Of a stretch of DNA of 64,000 bases, positions 18,274 to 26,675 are shown in pieces. How positions within the stretch are numbered: position 1 is the stretch's first letter; every line of letters begins with the position of its first letter. Position numbers and translations under genes: made by a program. Below the pieces are notes generated by a model. That model saw only the letters and a program-made list of their open reading frames with translations, searched no databases and was not told where the DNA came from. The stretch comes from Acidimicrobiaceae bacterium. Lineage in GTDB: Bacteria > Actinomycetota > Acidimicrobiia > Acidimicrobiales > Aldehydirespiratoraceae. The stretch covers positions 4,927 to 68,926 of the forward strand of contig VYBO01000043.1 in the NCBI GenBank assembly GCA_009844405.1. Direction: 5' to 3'.

Positions 18274-19923
18274 GTGCCGGTGGGCATCGTCCGCGACGCC
18301 CACACCATGACCCCGCAAGGCCACTCCCCGACCGGATCCCGAGCTGCGGTGTCGGCTGGCCATGTAGAAGCCACTCGGGCCGCAGCAGTTCTGCTTCGCG
18401 CGGGCGGATCGGCGGTCGACGCGGCCATCGGGGCCGATGCGGTCATGGGGGTGGTGGAGCCTACCGGCGCCGGCGTCGCTGGAGATCTGATGGCTGTCTT
18501 GGCCACTCGCGAGGGAGTCTCAGTGCTCAACGGCAGCGGCCGCTCGGGGCGGGGCACGGACGCGGAGTCGGTGCCCGACAACGGCCACGGCTTCGTGCCG
18601 TCCGCCGGAGGATGGGCGGTGACCGTGCCGGGGGCGGTGACCGCATGGGAGGACCTGCACTGGCCCGTCTGCTGGCGCTGCCAGTTCGGGGACCCCCTGC
18701 CGGGGGCGGTGACCGCATGGGAGGACCTGCACGGCCGGTTCGGCCGGTTGCCATGGCCGTCGCTGTTCGAGCCGGCCATCGAGGCCGCCACCGAGGGCGC
18801 CGAGGTCGGCGCGACCGGGAGCCGGCTCTGGGAGGGTTCCCGAGGCCGGCTGGACGCCGCAGGCGAGGCGCTCTACTTCCCGAACGGCGCAGCCCCCGTG
18901 GCGGGCGACGTGTGGCGCAATCCACCCCTGGCCGAGGTGCTGACGCAGGTCGCAGCCGACGGTCCCGATGCCCTGTACCGCGGCCCGCTGGCCCGGGCCG
19001 TATGCGAGGCCGCCACCGCGGCGGGCGGGCGCATGCACATCGACGACCTGGCCGAGCACCGCAGCGAATGGGTCGACCCGCTGCGAGCGGGCCTGGGGGA
19101 GCACGAGCTCATCACGGCGCCGCCTCCGTGCCAGGGCGCGGTCACGGCTCTCGCTGCCGAATGGGTGCACGACCGGGGCCTGCTCGGCGCCACCCGGGAC
19201 GATGCCGGAGCCGAGGCCGCGGCATCCATGGTCGAGGCGCTCGACCGCGCCTTCGCGTTGGCCCTGGACTGCCTGGCCGACCCAGCCGTAGCCGAAGTGC
19301 CTGGTTACAACGAGATGAGGGCCCGGATGGCTGGCGCGCCGCGACGCGGACCGATGCCGCTGGGGCCGGGAACGGTGTTCACGGTGGTGTTCACGGCCGA
19401 GCAGGCAGTGGTGCTGACCTCCAGCGTGTGCGACCGGTTCGGGTCGGGAGTGACCGTGCCCGAGGGCGGCTTCGTGCTGCAGAGCAGGGGACGGGGCTTC
19501 TCCACCGATCTGAGCCACCCGAACGCGGTGGCACCCAACAAACGCCCCTACCACACGATCGTTCCCACGCTGGTGCTCGAGAACGGCCAACCCATGCTGG
19601 GCATGGGAGTAGTAGGCGGGATCATGCAGCCCCAGGGCCAACTGCAGATCCTGCACCGGGTACTCGGCGGCGCGGACCTGACCGCCGCCGTCGAAGCCGG
19701 CCGGTTCCGCCTGATCGGCGAAGGGCAGGTCACCACGGAAGCCAGCCTGGAGCCCGAATGGCGAGCCGCCATCGGCCGAGCCGGCTATGACCTCGTCGAC
19801 ACAGCCGACGTGATCGGCGGCTTCGGCGGCGCCCAAGCCGTCCTGAGTGCAGGCGACACCCTGACCGCGGCCAGCGATCCCCGCCGCGACGGCGCCTCAG
19901 CCCTTATCGGGATGACTGACTGA
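18274..19923 (+). CDS. ggt: Gamma-glutamyltransferase family protein carrying a 24-aa in-frame insertion
   Basis: GGT-family features are present, including the conserved T in PYHTIVPT (autoprocessing site region) and GGIMQPQGQLQ. The insertion WPVCWRCQFGDPLPGAVTAWEDLH is encoded by 18661-18732. Confidence 0.85.
   Translation: MPVGIVRDAHTMTPQGHSPTGSRAAVSAGHVEATRAAAVLLRAGGSAVDAAIGADAVMGVVEPTGAGVAGDLMAVLATREGVSVLNGSGRSGRGTDAESVPDNGHGFVPSAGGWAVTVPGAVTAWEDLHWPVCWRCQFGDPLPGAVTAWEDLHGRFGRLPWPSLFEPAIEAATEGAEVGATGSRLWEGSRGRLDAAGEALYFPNGAAPVAGDVWRNPPLAEVLTQVAADGPDALYRGPLARAVCEAATAAGGRMHIDDLAEHRSEWVDPLRAGLGEHELITAPPPCQGAVTALAAEWVHDRGLLGATRDDAGAEAAASMVEALDRAFALALDCLADPAVAEVPGYNEMRARMAGAPRRGPMPLGPGTVFTVVFTAEQAVVLTSSVCDRFGSGVTVPEGGFVLQSRGRGFSTDLSHPNAVAPNKRPYHTIVPTLVLENGQPMLGMGVVGGIMQPQGQLQILHRVLGGADLTAAVEAGRFRLIGEGQVTTEASLEPEWRAAIGRAGYDLVDTADVIGGFGGAQAVLSAGDTLTAASDPRRDGASALIGMTD
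18626..18732. repeat. Perfect 35-bp direct duplication (18626-18660, 18698-18732) separated by a 37-bp filler; 72-bp unit
   Basis: tgccgggggcggtgaccgcatgggaggacctgcac occurs twice. The filler is tggcccgtctgctggcgctgccagttcggggaccccc. Confidence 0.95.
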
Positions 19924-19964
19924 CCGGCCCGGCCGGCCGGAAGGCTCAATCGCGGTAGCTAGTT

Positions 19965-20690
19965 CTACAGACTGTTGAGCCAGTCGATGACGTGGTCGAG
20001 AGGGGCCACGTCGGCGTACTTCATGTGCAGGTCGAGCAGGTTGACCTTGTGGGAGATCTGGCTGCGGTCGGCCACGCACTCGAAGGGGATGACCACGTCG
20101 AAGTCGTACTGGAAGGCGTCAGCCGCGGTGGCCCGTACGCAGCCGCTGGTGGTCAGGCCGGTGACCACCACCGTGTCCACCCTGTCGTAGACCAGCAGCG
20201 CGGCCAGCTCGGTGCCGAAGAACCCGCTCGGCTTGTGGCTCTTGCAGATCACCAGCTCGTCGGGCCTGGGGGCCAGCTCGTCCACGATCACATCGCCGGG
20301 AGGCAGGTCGTCCCCGGGCGGGCGGCGGCCCACCGTCTTCCAGCGTCCCTTCTGGCCTGGGAAGGGAACGTGGCCCGGGTCGGCGTACAGCTTGGTGAAG
20401 TACACCGGATGGCCGAGCCGGCGCATCTCGTCCAGCAGCCGGGCATTGGCGTCGACTGCGGGCCGTGCCGTCTCGGGGCAGCCGGTGGGCCAGCGGCCGT
20501 CCACGAAGGCCAGCGTCATGTCGACCACGATCAGCGCCGGCGACGTGCCCGCGCTGATGGCCCGGAACTCGTCGCCGCTGAAGGTTGTCCCCCTATCCGG
20601 CGGCGAGATACCGGGCCGACGTCCTCGGGGGGTATGGCGCCCTGCCAGGGGTACACGGCGACCGTTAGGGAGAAGCCCGCGAGGGAGCAC
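19965..20690 (-). CDS. Isochorismatase-family cysteine hydrolase
   Basis: PALIVVDMTLAFVDG...VICKSHKPSGFFGTELAALL....VDTVVVTGLTTSGCVRATA is the classic isochorismatase fold signature with the catalytic Cys. The only in-frame start is the GTG at 20690. Confidence 0.8.
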   Translation of the reverse strand: MLPRGLLPNGRRVPLAGRHTPRGRRPGISPPDRGTTFSGDEFRAISAGTSPALIVVDMTLAFVDGRWPTGCPETARPAVDANARLLDEMRRLGHPVYFTKLYADPGHVPFPGQKGRWKTVGRRPPGDDLPPGDVIVDELAPRPDELVICKSHKPSGFFGTELAALLVYDRVDTVVVTGLTTSGCVRATAADAFQYDFDVVIPFECVADRSQISHKVNLLDLHMKYADVAPLDHVIDWLNSL

Positions 20691-20722
20691 GACCCTGTCC
20701 TCATCGGGTCGTGCTCCCTCGC
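20679..20722 (-). terminator. Perfect 17-bp stem / 10-nt loop hairpin downstream of the binding-protein gene (no U-tract)
   Basis: gcgagggagcacgaccc (20679-20695) and gggtcgtgctccctcgc (20706-20722) are exact reverse complements. The hairpin lies 30 nt after the stop at 20752 and covers the GTG start of the next gene. Confidence 0.5.
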
Positions 20723-20751
20723 AGGTGGAGGGGACCGTCAGGCCTCTGCGA

Positions 20752-22602
20752 TCAGCTCAGCGTCATGTCCTCCACGCGAGCCGTGTCGTCGTAGCGCGGG
20801 ATCCAGCTGAGGTTCTCGGCGCCGCCGTTCACGCTCAGGTAGGTGAGCAGCGGCAGGTTCGCAACCTCGTCGCAGTGCTCCTGCATGATCTCGTGGTACA
20901 TCCGCTCGCGGGCGGCAGCATCGAGCTCGCTGGCGGCCGCCTCCAGCCTGCCGACCAGGTCGGGGTCGTCGTAGGACGACGTCGAGCTGTCACGACCGAC
21001 GTACGAAGCCAGCCGGTCGCCGTCCTGGAGCTCGTTGGAGGCCGACGACAAGAACATGTCGGCGCCCACCTCGCCGACCGGCTTGAGGAACTCGTCGAAG
21101 AGCCAGACCTCCCAGGCCAGCCACTGGTAGTCGATGTTCAGGCCGACGGCTCGCAGGTCGGCCGCGACGGCCTCGGACAGCTCGTCGAACTTGACCCACC
21201 GGGGCCCGCCGGCGAGGAACGAGATCTCCTCGCCCGCGTAGCCGGAATCGGCGATGATCTGCCGGGCCAGATCGGGGTCGTAGGGCCGGTCGGCGAGGTC
21301 GGGGTTGTGCCCGAACACGCCCGAGCCGAAGAGGTTGCAGCCGGCTCGACTGGCCTGGCCCTGATAGATGAACTCGACGTAGTCGTCGATGTTGACGGCG
21401 TGGGCGATGGCCACCCGCAGGTCGGGATAGGCGGCCAGCGGGCCCTCGTAGTTCTTCATCCGGAGGTACGGGAACTCGATGCCCTCGTCGCGCACGAACA
21501 GCTTGGGCATCTGGCCGGCAGTATCGGCCGACAGGCCCACCGCGAGGTGGACCTCGCCGCTCTGGACCGCGGCCACCCGGCCCTGCTCGTCGGGCAGGAA
21601 CACGAACGTCACCTCGTCTATCTGCGGCTCGGGGCCCCAGTAGTCGGTGTTGCGGGTGAGGGTGAGCGAGTCACCCGGCACCCATTCCACGAACTTGTAG
21701 GGGCCGGTGCCGATGGCGTCGTTCGTCAGGTCGTCGACCGTGGTTCCGTCCGGGACCATCTGGATCATGTAGAGCCGGGCCGGCAGCACCGGATCGGGGC
21801 CGTCGGTGTTGATGCGGATGGTGTAGTCGTCCACGACGTCCACGCCGGTGATCTTCTCGACCTGCTCCCTGAGGTCGGAGTCGAGCTCGGGGTCGAACAC
21901 CCGCTCGATGGAGTGCTTGGCCGAGGCCGCGTTGAAGTGGGCGCCGTTGTGGAAGGTGATGCCCCGGCGCAGCTTGAGCTCCCAGGTGGTGTCGTCGACC
22001 AGCCTCGGCAGCGACGCCGCCAGCCTCGGCACGAAGATCGCCGGGTTCACGAGGTCGCGCTCGACGAGCCGCTCGTAGACGTTCTCCATGGTGCGGCGCA
22101 TCTCGCCGTCCTGGTAGTGCGGGTCGATCCTGCCGGGACCCGACGTGATCGCGATGGTGATGGACTCGGGCGCCTCGGCGGCCATCATGGCCGCTTCAGC
22201 CGCAGCCGCAGCTGCAGCGGCGTCGGCCGCGGCGGCGGCGGCGTCCGCCTCAGCCGTAGCCGCAGCCTCCTCGGCGGCATCCAGCTGGGCTTGGAGCTCG
22301 GCGAGCTCCTCGGCGCTGGCAGCCCCTTCAGCTGCGGCAGCCTCCAGCGCCGCCTCTGCCTGAGCCGCCGCATCGGCCGCAGCCTCAGCCTCAGCGGCGG
22401 CCTCGTCAGCCGCAGCCTGCGCGGTGGCGGCCTCAGCCTCGGCGGCGGCAGCCTCCGCCTCGGCCGCAGCCAGGGCAGCGGCATCCTGCGCGCTGGTATC
22501 CGGCGCCGCGGGCTCGTCGTCGTCGCCGCACGCGGCCGCGACGAGGGCAAGGACGAACAGCGCAGCCAACAGCCGCTGCATGAACGTGAACTTCGTCAAC
22601 AT
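20752..22602 (-). CDS. ABC transporter substrate-binding lipoprotein, family 5 (peptide/nickel), with ~130-aa Ala/Glu-rich linker
   Basis: Signal peptide plus lipobox LVAAAC, then an A/E-rich low-complexity stretch, then a typical SBP_bac_5 body (ITIAITSGPGRIDPH...YKFVEWVPGDSLTLTRNTDYWG). Confidence 0.85.
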   Translation of the reverse strand: MLTKFTFMQRLLAALFVLALVAAACGDDDEPAAPDTSAQDAAALAAAEAEAAAAEAEAATAQAAADEAAAEAEAAADAAAQAEAALEAAAAEGAASAEELAELQAQLDAAEEAAATAEADAAAAAADAAAAAAAAEAAMMAAEAPESITIAITSGPGRIDPHYQDGEMRRTMENVYERLVERDLVNPAIFVPRLAASLPRLVDDTTWELKLRRGITFHNGAHFNAASAKHSIERVFDPELDSDLREQVEKITGVDVVDDYTIRINTDGPDPVLPARLYMIQMVPDGTTVDDLTNDAIGTGPYKFVEWVPGDSLTLTRNTDYWGPEPQIDEVTFVFLPDEQGRVAAVQSGEVHLAVGLSADTAGQMPKLFVRDEGIEFPYLRMKNYEGPLAAYPDLRVAIAHAVNIDDYVEFIYQGQASRAGCNLFGSGVFGHNPDLADRPYDPDLARQIIADSGYAGEEISFLAGGPRWVKFDELSEAVAADLRAVGLNIDYQWLAWEVWLFDEFLKPVGEVGADMFLSSASNELQDGDRLASYVGRDSSTSSYDDPDLVGRLEAAASELDAAARERMYHEIMQEHCDEVANLPLLTYLSVNGGAENLSWIPRYDDTARVEDMTLS

Positions 22603-22798
22603 CTGGAGCTAAACCCCCCAAGTGAATCCGTGGTTGAGGACGGCTGTGGCATGCGTATCCGCAGTCGGGTCGCTCAAGGTATACCGCAAAACGCGGTCCT
22701 GCAAGTCGTTGTATACAGCTGCCGGAACTCCCCCATTCCCGCTCGACGTCGGTGTCGGAGAACCCGCAGACGTTGCGCAGCGGTTAGGTTGCGCCCGC

Positions 22799-24253
22799 TC
22801 AGGAGCGGACGAACACGGTCTTGGTGCGGGTGAAGAACTCGAGCGACGACTCCCCGCCCTCGGCCCAGCCCGCGCCGGAGTGCCCGTAGCCCTCGAAGGG
22901 CACATGGAAGGGGACGCCGGTGAGGGGCGAGTTGACCTTGACGGTGCCGGCGTGCGAGCCCTTCCAGAAGCGGCGGGCCACCGCGATGTCGCCGGTGACG
23001 ATGCCGGAGGTGAGGCCGTAGGCGGTGGCGTTGGCCATGGCGACGGCCTCATCGATGTCGCTCACCGGCTCGAAGGTGACCACGGGTCCGAAGATCTCCT
23101 CGGTGGTGAGCGGCCCGGCGGCCGGATTCACCAGCAGTGCGGGCGCCACCCGGCCGTCGCGCCAGCCGCCGGGCTCGGGGCGCACCACGTCGGAGGCCTG
23201 ATGCTCGGCCAGGGACACGTAGTCCTCGACCCGGCCCGCCTCGCCGTCGCTGACCAGGATCCCGAGCTCGTCGCGGCCGGACGTGTCGGTCATATCGCTC
23301 AACCGGGCCTTCAGCCGCGCCAGCAGGTCGTCGTAGACGTCGGTGTGCACGAGCAGCCGTCCCGCCGCGGTGCAGATCTGGCCGTTGTTGCGGAAGCTCG
23401 AGGCCACGATGACGTCGGCCGCCTTGGCGAGGTCGGCGTCGGCCCACACCACGATGGTGTTCTTGCCGCCCAGCTCGGCCTGGAACGGCACCTCCATCCG
23501 CAGCCGGCTCCTGATGTCCACCGCGGCCTCGTAGGAGCCGGTGAGGCTCACGCCGTCGAGTTCGGGGGCGGACAGCAGGGAGTCGGCGATCACCGAGCTC
23601 CGGCCGATCGTGGCGTGCAGCAGGCCGGCGGGCAGGCCGGCGTCGAGCAGGGTGGCCGCGGTCATCAGGCCGGTGACGCCGGCGTTGGTGGACGGCTTGA
23701 AGACGACTGCGTTGCCGGCGGCCAGGGCGGCCGACAGCTTGCGGATGGGGATCGTGAACGGGAAGTTCCAGGGGGTGATGAGGGCGACGGTTCCGAGGGG
23801 CTCGATGAGCGTGAAGACTTCCTCGTCGAAGTCGGTGGAGTAGGTGGCGCCCAAGCGCCGGTAGCCGAGCTCGGCGTAGTAGTCGAGCACGGCCGCCCCC
23901 TTGGCCACCTCGACGCTGGCCTCCGAGGCCGGCTTGCCCATGTCGGCCGAGATGATGGGGGCCAGCTCGTCGGCCCGCTCGAGAAACAGCCCGGCGGCAC
24001 GGTGCAGCACCTCGGCCCGGGCTGCGGGACCCGCCGCCGCCCAGTCCGGCGCGGCCCGGGCGGCTGCCTCGTATGCGGTGCGGACGTCTTCGGGGCCGGC
24101 GCTGCGCATCACGGCCAGCACCCGGCCGTCGCTCCGGCTGACCAGCTTCTGCTCGGGCCCCGAGCCGGGCCGGATGGCGCCGTCGATCAGGATGCCGACC
24201 TCGTCGGCGTCGCCGCTGCCGTCCACGGTGATCCGAGCGGGTACCAGCGTCAT
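22799..24253 (-). CDS. NAD(P)-dependent aldehyde dehydrogenase family protein
   Basis: 484 aa with FPFTIPIRKLSAALAAGNAVVFKPS, ELGGKN and NNGQICTAAGRLLVH (catalytic Cys region). Confidence 0.9.
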   Translation of the reverse strand: MTLVPARITVDGSGDADEVGILIDGAIRPGSGPEQKLVSRSDGRVLAVMRSAGPEDVRTAYEAAARAAPDWAAAGPAARAEVLHRAAGLFLERADELAPIISADMGKPASEASVEVAKGAAVLDYYAELGYRRLGATYSTDFDEEVFTLIEPLGTVALITPWNFPFTIPIRKLSAALAAGNAVVFKPSTNAGVTGLMTAATLLDAGLPAGLLHATIGRSSVIADSLLSAPELDGVSLTGSYEAAVDIRSRLRMEVPFQAELGGKNTIVVWADADLAKAADVIVASSFRNNGQICTAAGRLLVHTDVYDDLLARLKARLSDMTDTSGRDELGILVSDGEAGRVEDYVSLAEHQASDVVRPEPGGWRDGRVAPALLVNPAAGPLTTEEIFGPVVTFEPVSDIDEAVAMANATAYGLTSGIVTGDIAVARRFWKGSHAGTVKVNSPLTGVPFHVPFEGYGHSGAGWAEGGESSLEFFTRTKTVFVRS

Positions 24254-24376
24254 GGTGTGCCTCCACCAGCGTGCGCATCGCCCGCGAGGCGGGCGCGCCG
24301 CGCACGACCGCGCCTTGTATACAGGACGCCGTATACCCTAGGCCGACCGGTTCGAGACTTGCCAACGAGAGGACCC

Positions 24377-24520
24377 AGAGGCCGAGCGGGCGAGCGACAC
24401 TCCATGAGGAAATCGAGAGGCCTTCAGCGAGGCCCCGGGGCCGAGCGGCCCGTGAGCGAAGCGAACAAGAGCGGGAAGCACGGCCCGAGCGGCCCGTGAG
24501 CGCAGCGAACAAGAGCGGAG
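24377..24520 (+). repeat. MIRU/REP-like dispersed element, long form plus an extra tandem core (copy 2)
   Basis: agaggccgagcggg...gcgaggccccggggccgagcggcccgtgagcgaagcgaacaagagcggga is followed by a second core, ggcccgagcggcccgtgagcgcagcgaacaagagcgga. Confidence 0.9.
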
Positions 24521-24528
24521 AACACCAG

Positions 24529-25773
24529 GTGCACGATCGCTCCGGGCCGGGTCGAGGCAGCCTCGTGAGCAGTTCGGGACACGGCACCGGATTCGCCTCC
24601 CTGGTGACGGCCACCCTGGTGGTGACCGCCGCCGCCAACCTCAGCCCGATGCTGGTGAGCGCCCTGGCGGTCCAGATCCAGGACGACCTAGGCATCGGGG
24701 AGGCGGAGATCGGGATGACCGTCAGCGCGTTCTTCTTCGTGGGCGCCCTGACCTCGGCGCTCTCGGGGCGGATGGTGGAGCGCATCGGGCCCGCGGCAGG
24801 ACTGCGCCTCTCGACCGCGGTGGCCGGCGCCGTCCTGGTCGTCACCGGCGCGCTGGGCCGGTCCTGGCCGGCGCTGCCGGTCCTCGTGGGTCTGGCCGGC
24901 CTGGCCAACTCGCTGGGACAGCCGGCTGCCAACCTCTACGTGGCGAGGGGGATCTCCAGCCGGCGTCAGGGACTCGCGCTCGGCATCCAGAAGTCCGGAA
25001 ACCCGGCCGCCTCCCTGCTGGCCGGGCTGGCCATCCCGACGGTCGGGCTGACGATCGGCTGGAGTTGGGCCTTCGTGCTCGGCGGCCTGCTCGCTTTCGG
25101 GGTGACACTGGGCGTGCCGGCCGCGGGCCGGACGCCGCCGGGCGCGGGCCGCGGCGGTGCAGCCACCGACCGTCCGCCGGTCCGGCCCCGCCCCGACGTC
25201 GCCGTCCGGCTGCTGATCGCGGTGACCTGCTCCACCTGCCTGGCCGCCATGGGCTCGATGGCGCTCAGCTCGTTCTTCGTGCTGTCAAGCGTGGAGACCG
25301 GCGTCGACGAGGCCGCGGCCGGGATCCTGCTCATGGCGGGAAGCGTGGTCGGGATCGCTTCGAGGCTCGCGCTGGGCGCCGGCGCGGACCGGGCGTCGCT
25401 GAGCCCGCTCGACATGCTCACCGCGATGTTCGCGGCGGCGGCGCTGGCCTTCGTGGGACTGTCGACAGGGTCCGAGGCGATGCTGTACGCGGCCATGCCG
25501 TTCGCCTTCGCGACCTCGTTCGCGTGGCCGGGCCTGTTCCATCTGGCCATGGTGCGCCAGAACCCGTCGGCGCCGGGCGCGGCCACCGGCATCACCTTGA
25601 CGGGCAACCTCGCCGGAGCGGTGTGCGGCCCGCTGCTGTTCGGCCTGCTGGTGGAGGCGACCAGCTACGGCTGGGCCTGGAGCTTCGCGGCCATCACCTC
25701 GGGGGCGGCCGCGGCCCTGATGGCCGTGACCAGCCGCCTGATCGCACATCGCACGGCGAGCGGCCGCGGGTAG
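24529..25773 (+). CDS. MFS transporter
   Basis: About 12 hydrophobic segments. The start is placed at the GTG after the dispersed element (VHDRSGPG...). The track ORF start at 24271 reads through the repeat and is rejected. Confidence 0.75.
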   Translation: MHDRSGPGRGSLVSSSGHGTGFASLVTATLVVTAAANLSPMLVSALAVQIQDDLGIGEAEIGMTVSAFFFVGALTSALSGRMVERIGPAAGLRLSTAVAGAVLVVTGALGRSWPALPVLVGLAGLANSLGQPAANLYVARGISSRRQGLALGIQKSGNPAASLLAGLAIPTVGLTIGWSWAFVLGGLLAFGVTLGVPAAGRTPPGAGRGGAATDRPPVRPRPDVAVRLLIAVTCSTCLAAMGSMALSSFFVLSSVETGVDEAAAGILLMAGSVVGIASRLALGAGADRASLSPLDMLTAMFAAAALAFVGLSTGSEAMLYAAMPFAFATSFAWPGLFHLAMVRQNPSAPGAATGITLTGNLAGAVCGPLLFGLLVEATSYGWAWSFAAITSGAAAALMAVTSRLIAHRTASGRG

Positions 25774-25854
25774 GGGAGCGCGGGTCGGCGTCTCGGCTTC
25801 CTGTCGGGATGGGCCAGCCTGTAACATCGGCCAACCGCCCATGGAGGACTGATC

Positions 25855-26517
25855 TTGAGCGACAAGGACGGTGAGCAGCCTCTACGAGAAGTTGTCGCAG
25901 GCCAGCTTCGCTTGATGATCCTCGACGGAGAGCTGAAGCCGGGCCAGCGGCTGGTCGAGGGCCAGCTCGCGGAGCGGCTGGGGGTGAGCCGCAACCCGGT
26001 ACGCGAAGCCATGCGATCGCTGGAGGCCACCGGCCTGATCGAGGTGGTGCCCCGGCGGGGCGCCCACGTGTCCGCCATCGACAAGTGCGAGGTTCACCAC
26101 ATCCAGCAGATCCGGATCCTGGTGGAGGGATACGCCGTCGAGCAGGCCGCCATGCGCCAGGACCACGACAGCATCGAGCGGATCCGTCAGTGCATGGAGG
26201 AGGGCCGGCAGGCGACCGAACGGGGGGATGCGGTCACAGCCGCCCTGTGTCACCGGGACTTCCACATCGCGGTGGAGAAGGCGGCCGGGATCCCCTTCCT
26301 GCAGCAGGTGCTCGACCCGCTCCGCCAGCAGACCGAGCTGGTGTTCTCGGTGGTGACCGACAGCCGTGGCGACATCACCTGGGAGGAGCACGAGGACATC
26401 TGCAACGCCATCGCATCGGGCGACCCCTCGCAGGCCCGTGAGATGAGCCGCAGGCACATCATCAACGCGCTGGAGTCGTTCCAGACGGCCGTCGAGTCGA
26501 AACCGGCGACCCTCTAG
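25855..26517 (+). CDS. GntR-family transcriptional regulator, FadR/FCD subfamily
   Basis: N-terminal wHTH (LKPGQRLVEGQLAERLGVSRNPVREAMRSLEATGLIEV) plus a helical FCD C-terminal domain. TTG start is preceded by GGAGGA. Confidence 0.9.
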   Translation: MSDKDGEQPLREVVAGQLRLMILDGELKPGQRLVEGQLAERLGVSRNPVREAMRSLEATGLIEVVPRRGAHVSAIDKCEVHHIQQIRILVEGYAVEQAAMRQDHDSIERIRQCMEEGRQATERGDAVTAALCHRDFHIAVEKAAGIPFLQQVLDPLRQQTELVFSVVTDSRGDITWEEHEDICNAIASGDPSQAREMSRRHIINALESFQTAVESKPATL

Positions 26518-26624
26518 AGGCCGAGCGGACGAGCGGACGAGCGCGCACTCGTGAGGAACTTGACGACGCACTCAGCGAGGCCGTGGCCCGAGCGGCCCGT
26601 GAGCGCAGCGAACAAGAGCGGGAA
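26516..26624 (+). repeat. MIRU/REP-like dispersed element, long form (copy 3)
   Basis: It starts within the TAG stop of the GntR gene: ctAGAGGCCGAGCGG...gaggccgtggcccgagcggcccgtgagcgcagcgaacaagagcggga. Confidence 0.9.
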
Positions 26625-26675
26625 ACACACCGCTGCACGGCGAGGCGGCACCACCCGCCCAAGCCCATTCTGAGT

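Noticed and set aside
24436-24520. Tandem core repeats, and the other repeat-filler-repeat units, as a CRISPR array.
   Set aside because: Only two adjacent cores are present with essentially no spacer. The 72-73-bp units each have a different repeat sequence and only one filler. No cas genes are in the window. None of these qualifies as a CRISPR array.
20212-24932. Giant ORFs 20212..22833 (873 aa), 22622..24499 (625 aa) and 23049..24932 (627 aa).
   Set aside because: They are antisense or out of frame relative to the well-supported binding protein, aldehyde dehydrogenase and MFS genes. They have no recognisable domains.
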